Part shown: positions 9,365 through 16,418 of the stretch, one piece after another | How positions within the stretch are numbered: the stretch's first letter is position 1 | How the letters are laid out: the number at the start of each line of letters is the position of its first letter | Notes under the pieces: model-generated | Databases searched by the model: none | Seen by the model: only the letters and a program-made list of their open reading frames with translations | What the model was told of the DNA's origin: nothing | Source of the DNA: Candidatus Rifleibacteriota bacterium | GTDB lineage: Bacteria > Muiribacteriota > Ozemobacteria > Ozemobacterales > Ozemobacteraceae | Length of the DNA stretch: 21,265 nt | Direction: 5' to 3' | Assembly: GCA_051747585.1 (NCBI GenBank) | Contig: JBNJGH010000060.1 | Location: forward strand, 1 to 21,265 | Translations under genes and position numbers: made by a program

Positions 9365-10116
9365 TATTCTTTACCTCCCTGGGTTTTAGTAGTTTTTTTG
9401 CTGGTTTTATTTGCTTCAGCCTTTTTGGTAGCTGTTTTTTTGCTTTTTGCAGTACCCTTTTTAGCTGTAGCTTTGGTTGTGGTTTTCTTTTTGCCTTTAG
9501 CGGCAGTTTTCTTTGTGCTCTGTTTGTCATCTTCTACTTCAAATTTAGACATAGAGAATTTTTCACGCAGAACTATAGTTGCATGAGAGGTTCTTTTTAA
9601 GATGCGGCAGGCACGTCCACGAGCCCTGGCCATAAATCTTTTCATTACGGGGCCGCCGTCTACGGCGACTTTGGCAATATAAAGATCATCGGCTCTGAGG
9701 TCATGGTTATTACCAGCATTGGCAATAGCTGATTTCAGTAGCTTAAGCAGAATTGGAGAACCGCCTTTTGGGAGGAACTGCAAAATGTCGAGTGCTTCAT
9801 CAACACTTTTACCACGAATTTCGTCTGCTACCAGTCTTAATTTTTTAGGACTGATTCGAATGTTTCTTACTACAGCCCTTGGCATTTCAAGCTGTTCAAT
9901 CAATTTGGATTTTTGTTTCCAGCTGAGAGAACCAACTTTTGGATAAACTTTTTCAAGTTTGCCGTTTGGCTGTAACTGGCGTTTATAAAGACCAACCTTG
10001 GTCAGAATAGTTTCAATTTTAGCCCGGCTGTTTTTTGTATCAAGGCCCTTGATCATACGAAGGCCGTTATACAGATCTACATCATCGGGAATGGTTACAC
10101 CTACAAGTCGTAACAT
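9364..10116 (-). CDS. rplV: 50S ribosomal protein uL22 fused to an N-terminal uS13-like domain and a C-terminal Lys/Thr/Ala-rich tail
   Basis: Residues ~78-186 are L22 ([45 protein letters not shown]). AAGGAG SD precedes ATG at 10116; no SD before internal Met78. Confidence 0.93.
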   Translation of the reverse strand: MLRLVGVTIPDDVDLYNGLRMIKGLDTKNSRAKIETILTKVGLYKRQLQPNGKLEKVYPKVGSLSWKQKSKLIEQLEMPRAVVRNIRISPKKLRLVADEIRGKSVDEALDILQFLPKGGSPILLKLLKSAIANAGNNHDLRADDLYIAKVAVDGGPVMKRFMARARGRACRILKRTSHATIVLREKFSMSKFEVEDDKQSTKKTAAKGKKKTTTKATAKKGTAKSKKTATKKAEANKTSKKTTKTQGGKE

Positions 10117-10134
10117 TATTATTATCTCCTTCCC

Positions 10135-10404
10135 TTATCTGGCGGAAGCCGCTTTTTCGCCGGCGTGTCCACGGAAAGTTCTGGTGGGAGCAAATTCACC
10201 AAGCTTATGCCCAACCATGTTTTCAGTAATGAAAACGGGAACATGTTTTCTGCCATTATGAACTGCAATTGTGTGACCCACCATTTCGGGATAAACCGTT
10301 GAAGCTCTGGACCAGGTTTTAATCTGACGCTTTTCGCCTGCCTGGTTCATAGCATGAATTCTATTAAAGAGTCTTTCACAAACAAATGGAGCTTTTTTAG
10401 CCAT
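10135..10404 (-). CDS. rpsS: 30S ribosomal protein uS19
   Basis: [15 protein letters not shown] and [18 protein letters not shown] motifs. Confidence 0.98.
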   Translation of the reverse strand: MAKKAPFVCERLFNRIHAMNQAGEKRQIKTWSRASTVYPEMVGHTIAVHNGRKHVPVFITENMVGHKLGEFAPTRTFRGHAGEKAASAR

Positions 10405-10416
10405 TATTTCTCTCCC

Positions 10417-11244
10417 TTATCTTTTTCTTCTCGAAATGATGTATTTGCTGGAGTGCTTCTTTTTCTTTCTGGTTTTGTAACCTTGAGCTGGTTTACCCCA
10501 GAGTGAAACAGGTGGTCTACCACGGCTTGTAGCAGCTTCACCACCACCATGAGCATGGTCAACCGGGTTCATGGCCGAACCACGAACGAAGGGCCGACGA
10601 CCCATCCAACGTTTTCTACCGGCTTTACCGATGGTAACATTCATGTGATCTTTATTACCGATCGCGCCGATAACAGCACGACAATCCAGAGGCAGAAGTC
10701 TCATTTCGCCAGAAGGCATATGAATCTGAGCATGTTTTCCTTCTTTACCGACGAGCTGAGCATTTACTCCAGCAGAGCGTGCGATCTGTGCGCCCTTACC
10801 CGGCTTCATTTCGATTTGATTTACGGTTGAGCCAAGAGGGATGTTTCTGAGGGGAAGGCAGTTTCCGGGCATAATATCAGCTTCAGGACCACTTTCGATC
10901 TGATCGCCGACTTTAATGCCTTCATGTGCGAGGATATATCTTTTTTCACCATCAAGATATTTAATCAAAGCTATACGACAAGTTCTATTCGGATCATATT
11001 CTATAGTTGCCACGGTACCGGGTATACCGTCTTTATCACGTTTAAAATCGATAATACGATACATTCTTTTGTTACCCTGACCTCTATGACGGCAGGTTAC
11101 TCTGCCATAATGGTTGCGGCCGGCTTTGCGGTGCAGCCACTGACAAAGAGGTTTGTATGGTTTATCGGTAGTGATTTCTTCAAACGAGAAACCTGTGATA
11201 AAGCGGCGTGAGGGTGTGGTAGGGTTATAGACTTTAATACTCAT
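10417..11244 (-). CDS. rplB: 50S ribosomal protein uL2
   Basis: [41 protein letters not shown] motifs. Confidence 0.99.
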   Translation of the reverse strand: MSIKVYNPTTPSRRFITGFSFEEITTDKPYKPLCQWLHRKAGRNHYGRVTCRHRGQGNKRMYRIIDFKRDKDGIPGTVATIEYDPNRTCRIALIKYLDGEKRYILAHEGIKVGDQIESGPEADIMPGNCLPLRNIPLGSTVNQIEMKPGKGAQIARSAGVNAQLVGKEGKHAQIHMPSGEMRLLPLDCRAVIGAIGNKDHMNVTIGKAGRKRWMGRRPFVRGSAMNPVDHAHGGGEAATSRGRPPVSLWGKPAQGYKTRKKKKHSSKYIISRRKR

Positions 11245-11268
11245 TTTTATCTCCTGTTCCTACTTTAC

Positions 11269-11559
11269 TCAGGCAATTCCTTCGAAGAAATCAATTGAAT
11301 CGCCTTCTTTAAGGGTAACAATGGCTTTCTTCCAAGTTGAAGTAAAACCACGGAAAACCCCACGTCGTTTGGGTTTACGTACTACATTAAGAGTATTAAC
11401 CTTGGTAACAGATACTTCAAAAAGCTCTTCAACAGCATTCTTAATTTGACTCTTGTTAGCATCACGGGCTACTTTGAACTGATATATGCCTTCGCCCATA
11501 CGGTCATAGCTTTTTTCTGAAACGATAGGTCTAATAACTATATCCTGAGCTGTTTTCAT
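11269..11559 (-). CDS. rplW: 50S ribosomal protein uL23
   Basis: RPIVSEKS, ANK.QIK.AVEELF.V.V..VNT, WKKAIVTL motifs. Confidence 0.98.
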   Translation of the reverse strand: MKTAQDIVIRPIVSEKSYDRMGEGIYQFKVARDANKSQIKNAVEELFEVSVTKVNTLNVVRKPKRRGVFRGFTSTWKKAIVTLKEGDSIDFFEGIA

Positions 11560-12176
11560 TTTACCAGGACCTCCTCAAGCATTTTGACTGCTTTGTCACT
11601 AATGGCTACCTGACCATATTTAAGCAGGTCAACAACATTAACATGCAATGGTGTCACAACCTTAACATCTTTAAGATTGGCAGTTGCGCGTCTGATATTT
11701 TCAGAAATTTCAGGAACAACAAACAGAGCTTTTTCGATTTTGTGATCTTTTAAGAAAGCACTTACATCGCGTGTTTTACCAGTCTCAAAATCGAGACCTT
11801 CAACAACTCTGATTGAACCAGTAGCAGCTTTGTCAGAAAGAACCCCCATTAAAGCCTTATCAACAACTTTTTTAGGTGGGCGATGGTCGAAATTTTTTGG
11901 TCTGGGACCAAAAGCAGTTCCTCCGCCAACATGGATAGGAGACTTAGCACTGCCCTGTCTTGCACGACCAGTACCTTTCTGACGATACAATTTTCTTGTG
12001 CTGGCGCGAACTTCACCTTTTTCTTTGGTGAAAGCGTTACCCTGTCGCTCATTATTTAATTGAGCTTTAACAACATCATTAATAGTCTGAGGGTTAACCT
12101 TCGCAGCAAAAATAGTATCATTAAGCTTAATCGAACCGTTTTCGGATCCATTCATTTTAAAAATTTTAGCTTCCAT
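11556..12176 (-). CDS. rplD: 50S ribosomal protein uL4
   Basis: RQKGTGRARQGS..SP..VGGG.AFGPRP motif. Confidence 0.98.
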   Translation of the reverse strand: MEAKIFKMNGSENGSIKLNDTIFAAKVNPQTINDVVKAQLNNERQGNAFTKEKGEVRASTRKLYRQKGTGRARQGSAKSPIHVGGGTAFGPRPKNFDHRPPKKVVDKALMGVLSDKAATGSIRVVEGLDFETGKTRDVSAFLKDHKIEKALFVVPEISENIRRATANLKDVKVVTPLHVNVVDLLKYGQVAISDKAVKMLEEVLVK

Positions 12177-12191
12177 TTTTTCCTCCGTTCC

Positions 12192-12815
12192 TTAAGCCTG
12201 GTGCTTAACAACGACCAGACCATTGGCGGCTCCAGGTATAGAACCTTTCACCAACAGAAGGTTTTTCTGCTCGTCAACTTTAACAACCTTCAGACCTTTT
12301 ACTGTGCTCTTCTTATTACCTAGCTGCCCTGGAAGTTTTTTACCTTTCCAGGTTCTGCTTGCGTTTGTACCAGAACCAACTGAACCAACGGCACGGCTAT
12401 AATCTGAAGCGCCATGAGTCATGGCCTGACGCTGAAAATGGTGTCTTTCGATAGCTCCTGAGAAGCCTTTACCCTTGCTGGTTCCAGTGACGCTAATAGT
12501 GTCACCTTCTTTAAACATTGAAACATTGATTTCGGTGTTCGGCTCAATGCCTTCAAGTTCGTCAGCGGGCAAGCTTCTTACAAAGCGGAACGGTTTCACA
12601 CCGGCTTTTTCAAAACTCATGCGCAATGGTTTGTTCAGAAGACGTTTAACCGCTTCTGGTCTAATTTCACGATAACCAACCTGAACGGCATTATCGCTTT
12701 TTCTTATAATAGTACAGGGACCTGCGCTAATTACGGTTACAGGAACCACGTTCCCATCATCTGTAAAAATTTGGGTCATACCAACTTTGGTGCCCAATAT
12801 TGCCTTAACGCCCAT
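12192..12815 (-). CDS. rplC: 50S ribosomal protein uL3
   Basis: KVGMTQIF, PVTVI, GTSKGKGF.G...RH and LLVKGSIPG motifs. Confidence 0.97.
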   Translation of the reverse strand: MGVKAILGTKVGMTQIFTDDGNVVPVTVISAGPCTIIRKSDNAVQVGYREIRPEAVKRLLNKPLRMSFEKAGVKPFRFVRSLPADELEGIEPNTEINVSMFKEGDTISVTGTSKGKGFSGAIERHHFQRQAMTHGASDYSRAVGSVGSGTNASRTWKGKKLPGQLGNKKSTVKGLKVVKVDEQKNLLLVKGSIPGAANGLVVVKHQA

Positions 12816-12842
12816 TATTTTCCTCCTTTATCCTTCCAGCAA

Positions 12843-13154
12843 TCAGAGCATCTTGATTTCGATGTTAACACCGGAGGGAAGGTCCATATTCATTAACGAA
12901 TCGACAGTTTGACCTGACGGATTAAAAAGATCGATATTTCTTTTGTGAATTCTCATTTCGAACTGCTCACGCGAGTCTTTGTTTACGAAAGGAGAACGCA
13001 GAACAGTATATTTCCGGATTTCGGTCGGCATAGGAATTGGACCGGAAATTTTTGTTCCAGTACGTTTTACGGTGTCGCAAATTCTGGCAACTGATTGATC
13101 AAGAAGGCGATGATCAAAAGCCTTTAAAGACAACCGCATCTTTTGCTTGGCCAT
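12843..13154 (-). CDS. rpsJ: 30S ribosomal protein uS10
   Basis: [35 protein letters not shown] motifs. Confidence 0.98.
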   Translation of the reverse strand: MAKQKMRLSLKAFDHRLLDQSVARICDTVKRTGTKISGPIPMPTEIRKYTVLRSPFVNKDSREQFEMRIHKRNIDLFNPSGQTVDSLMNMDLPSGVNIEIKML

Positions 13155-13197
13155 TTTAAAATCCTCCTTGTGGATTTCAATAAAAGTTGATAACCGT

Positions 13198-15327
13198 TTA
13201 GTTGTCGCCGGCTATCATCTGCTGGGGTGGCTGGCTGTAGCCAAACACACCGAGAATACGTTCAGTGACACTTTGTGGGACTTCATCATAATGAAGCAAT
13301 TCCATGGTAAAGGTTGCACGACCCTGCGAGAGAGATCTCAGCTGGGTTGAATAACCAAACATGTCAGAAAGTGGTGAATGACATTCAACGATTCTCATGT
13401 CATTACGCATTTCCATATTAATTACTTTTCCTCTTCTGGCATTAATATTGCCGATAATATCGCCCATATACTGTTCAGGCGTTTCAATTTCAACCCTCAT
13501 AAAGGGTTCGAGCAAAACGGGCCCGGCACAGCGCATTGCTGACTTCATAGCTTCATAAGTGGCAATTTTAAAGGCAATGTCATTACTGTCGCTTTCATTA
13601 TAAGAACCGCCGACCAGACGCACATCAACATCTACCACAGGGAACCCTGCGAGAATGCCATCGTTCATTGCGTCTCTGCATCCTTGATGAATAGATTCAA
13701 CATATTCTGCAGGAATTTCTTCGGCTTTTGCCTTATTAGTAAATCTGAAGCCTTTACCTCTTTCCAGGGGTTCAACTTCAATAACTACATGAGCATACTG
13801 ATTCTTGTTACCAAGAGTCTTTTCAAACAGATTTTCGCCTCTTCCCCTGGTGGTAATTCCTTCTTTATAAGCAACCTGAGGCTTGCCAACCGAAGCTTTA
13901 ACCTTAAATTCTCTAATAATTCGGTCAACAATTACTTCCAGATGTAGCTCCCCCATACCAGAGATAAGGGTTTCACCGGTATCTGGATCAATTTTTGCTT
14001 TAAAAGTAGGATCTTCATCCATCAGGGCTTCAAGAACATCACCGAGTTTAGATAAATCGGCCTGGGTTTGAGGCTCAATAGCAACTGAAATAACAGTTTC
14101 AGGAAACGTAATTTTTTCAAAAGTAACAAACCGGGGGTCAGTAGAAAGTGTTTCGCCGGTGGCAACTTTTTTAAGACCTATAGCTGCAACTATATCACCT
14201 GCTTCAACCCTTTGCAGGTCTTTGCGCTGATTAGCATGCATCTGTAAAAATCTGCCTATCCGTTCTTTTCTTCCTTCTTTACTGACATTGTAAACAACTT
14301 TTCCGGCGTCGAGTGCTCCGGAGTATACTCTAAGGTATGCAAGCTTACCAACATGGGTATCGGTTGCCACCTTAAAAACCAGAGCAGCAAATTCGGCTTC
14401 AGGGTCAGCAGGAACTTTAACTTCTTCTTCTTTTTCCAGGGTAAAACCTGTTGCCGCTGGAATATCCAATGGAGAAGGAAGATAATCAACAATGGCGTCA
14501 AGAAGGTCTTGAACACCTTTGTTTTTAAAGGCCGAACCGCACATAACCGGCACAACCTTATTGTTAACGACTGCTTTCCGCAGAACCCGGCGGATCAACA
14601 CTTCGGGAATTTCTTTTTCTTCGAGATAAAGCTCGAGAATCTCATCATTAAAGGAACTGAGAGTTTCCAGCATTTGTTCACGAGCCATTTCGACCTGATC
14701 TTGCAAATTTTGAGGAATTTCACACTTTTTGAATTCGGCCCCAAGAGACTTGTCCTCTTCGAGGTTCCAGATATGAGCCTTCATGGTAACCAGATCAACA
14801 TGACCGGCAAAACTATCTTCGCAACCAATCGGTAAAACGACAGGCAAAGGTTTAGATTTCAGTCTTTCTTTGATCTGGGTAACAACCCGCTCAAAATTGG
14901 CACCTACGCGGTCCATCTTGTTGACGAAAGCGATTCTTGGGACTCTGTAGTTTTCGGCCTGGCGCCAGACGGTTTCAGATTGAGGCTGAACTCCGGCAAC
15001 GGCACAGAATACAACTACAGCACCATCGAGAACTCTAAGCGATCTTTCCACTTCGGCAGTAAAATCCACGTGACCGGGCGTGTCTATAATATTAATGTCA
15101 CAATCGGCCCAATGGCATTTAGTTGCCGCGCTTGTTATGGTAATTCCTCGTTCCTGTTCTTGAACCATCCAGTCCATAACAGCTGTTCCTTCATGAACCT
15201 CGCCCATCTTATAGGCTTTACCGGTATAATAAAGAATACGCTCGGTGGTTGTGGTTTTTCCCGCATCAATGTGGGCCACAATACCGATATTCCTTATATT
15301 TTTCATTTTTGAACTACTGGTAGTCAT
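13198..15327 (-). CDS. fusA: Elongation factor G with divergent domain IV
   Basis: [46 protein letters not shown] and LRSLSQGRA motifs; follows rpsG. Confidence 0.96.
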   Translation of the reverse strand: MTTSSSKMKNIRNIGIVAHIDAGKTTTTERILYYTGKAYKMGEVHEGTAVMDWMVQEQERGITITSAATKCHWADCDINIIDTPGHVDFTAEVERSLRVLDGAVVVFCAVAGVQPQSETVWRQAENYRVPRIAFVNKMDRVGANFERVVTQIKERLKSKPLPVVLPIGCEDSFAGHVDLVTMKAHIWNLEEDKSLGAEFKKCEIPQNLQDQVEMAREQMLETLSSFNDEILELYLEEKEIPEVLIRRVLRKAVVNNKVVPVMCGSAFKNKGVQDLLDAIVDYLPSPLDIPAATGFTLEKEEEVKVPADPEAEFAALVFKVATDTHVGKLAYLRVYSGALDAGKVVYNVSKEGRKERIGRFLQMHANQRKDLQRVEAGDIVAAIGLKKVATGETLSTDPRFVTFEKITFPETVISVAIEPQTQADLSKLGDVLEALMDEDPTFKAKIDPDTGETLISGMGELHLEVIVDRIIREFKVKASVGKPQVAYKEGITTRGRGENLFEKTLGNKNQYAHVVIEVEPLERGKGFRFTNKAKAEEIPAEYVESIHQGCRDAMNDGILAGFPVVDVDVRLVGGSYNESDSNDIAFKIATYEAMKSAMRCAGPVLLEPFMRVEIETPEQYMGDIIGNINARRGKVINMEMRNDMRIVECHSPLSDMFGYSTQLRSLSQGRATFTMELLHYDEVPQSVTERILGVFGYSQPPQQMIAGDN

Positions 15328-15371
15328 GAGTAAACTTTCCTGTTAATGAGAATGATTATACTGATAATTAA

Positions 15372-15845
15372 TTAAACCCGGAAGTGAGAAAAAGCTTTAT
15401 TTGCATCGGCCATTTTATGAATTTCGTCACGTTTTTTCATAGTAGCGCCGTTATTACTGAGAATATCATCAAATTCAGCTGAGAGACGATCTGACATTGA
15501 TTTTTCTTTTCTTGCTCTGGAAAACTTGAGGATCCAGCGGAAAGTAAGAGCAATCGCACGGTCAGGTTTTACTTCGATAGGAACCTGATAGTTCGCCCCA
15601 CCAACTCTTTTGCTTCGTACTTCTACGAGAGGCTTGGCAGCTTCGACAACCTTCTTGAACAATTCAAGGGGATTATCTTCTTTTCTTTTTCTGGCAACTT
15701 TTTCAAGTGCATCGTAAAAAATACGACTGCCAATACTACGTTTTCCATCATACATCAAATTATTGATGAATCTGGTAACCAGCCTTGAGTTGTAGACTGA
15801 ATCAGGAGTTAATTCTCTTTTGGATATATGTCCACGTCGTGGCAT
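15372..15845 (-). CDS. rpsG: 30S ribosomal protein uS7
   Basis: MPRRG, MYDGK, RVGGANYQVP, HKMADANKAFSHF motifs. Confidence 0.98.
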   Translation of the reverse strand: MPRRGHISKRELTPDSVYNSRLVTRFINNLMYDGKRSIGSRIFYDALEKVARKRKEDNPLELFKKVVEAAKPLVEVRSKRVGGANYQVPIEVKPDRAIALTFRWILKFSRARKEKSMSDRLSAEFDDILSNNGATMKKRDEIHKMADANKAFSHFRV

Positions 15846-15858
15846 GAATCAATCCTCC

Positions 15859-16233
15859 TTATTTCTTGGGCCGTTTGGCACCATATTTAGAGCGTCCCTG
15901 CATGCGGTTGGCAACGCCAGCGCAGTCAAGTGCTCCGCGAATGATATGGTAACGAACACCGGGAAGGTCTTTTACACGACCGCCACGAATCAGAACCACT
16001 GAGTGTTCCTGTAGATTGTGGCCAATACCCGGAATATATGCCGTTACCTCAATTTTGTTGGTCAGCCTGACACGAGCTATTTTTCGAAGAGCGGAATTAG
16101 GCTTCTTCGGTGTGGTGGTTTTAACCACAGTACAAACACCACGGCGTTGAGGACAATTCTCAAGAGCCGGTGAGTCAGATTTGTACTTAACATCACGTCG
16201 GGCCTTTCTAATAAGTTGATTAATGGTAGGCAC
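15859..16233 (-). CDS. rpsL: 30S ribosomal protein uS12
   Basis: [30 protein letters not shown]. Start reassigned to GTG at 16233, which gives canonical MPTINQL with SD-like AGGAAGGTG 6 nt upstream. Confidence 0.98.
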   Translation of the reverse strand: MPTINQLIRKARRDVKYKSDSPALENCPQRRGVCTVVKTTTPKKPNSALRKIARVRLTNKIEVTAYIPGIGHNLQEHSVVLIRGGRVKDLPGVRYHIIRGALDCAGVANRMQGRSKYGAKRPKK

Positions 16234-16248
16234 AGCTAACACCTTCCT

Positions 16249-16305
16249 GATAAGTTATCCAGTCCCGCTAATAATGCAAGACTGCCACCCGATGAACCAA
16301 GGTGG
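16249..16305 (-). promoter_or_regulatory. Putative structured 5' leader of the str operon (abutting hairpins)
   Basis: Sense strand CCACC(U)..(G)GGUGG (16305-16285), CAGUCUUGC-auuauua-GCGGGACUG (16284-16260), and weak GAUA-acu-UAUC (16259-16249), directly before the SD. Function inferred only. Confidence 0.5.
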
Positions 16306-16312
16306 ATTGTAG

Positions 16313-16341
16313 ATGATAGCATAAGTTAAATATGCTGTCAA
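16313..16341 (-). promoter_or_regulatory. Sigma70/SigA promoter for the rpsL operon
   Basis: -35 TTGACA (16341-16336), 17-nt spacer, extended -10 TGcTATCAT (hexamer 16318-16313), AT-rich region upstream. Confidence 0.88.
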
Positions 16342-16374
16342 CGTACTTTTATTCAATAAAAGCGACTGTCAGAC

Positions 16375-16413
16375 AATAAAAAAGCCCCCCGCTAAGGGGG
16401 GCCATTTTTTATT
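16375..16413 (-). terminator. Intrinsic terminator after rpoC (possibly bidirectional)
   Basis: Minus strand GCCCCCC-TTAGC-GGGGGGC followed by TTTTTTATT, starting 16 nt after the rpoC stop. A T-tract is also present on the opposite strand. Confidence 0.9.
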
Positions 16414-16418
16414 TTTTA

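Noticed and set aside
9390..9520. Repetitive-looking DNA, a possible tandem repeat or array
   Set aside because: No fixed-period repeat unit; explained by Lys/Thr/Ala codons.
9261..9530. 89-aa Lys/Gln/Leu-rich alternative-frame ORF over the L22 tail, a possible frameshift product
   Set aside because: It is a by-product of A-rich low-complexity codons. The main rplV frame ends with a clean TAATG coupling to rpsC, and this ORF runs out of frame into rpsC.
15960..16120. Streptomycin-resistance alleles in rpsL
   Set aside because: The PKKPNSA and RVKDLPG motifs are wild type.
16234..16242. ORF-track start of rpsL (MLAVPT...)
   Set aside because: That GTG lies within the SD-like sequence; GTG at 16233 gives the canonical N-terminus and spacing.
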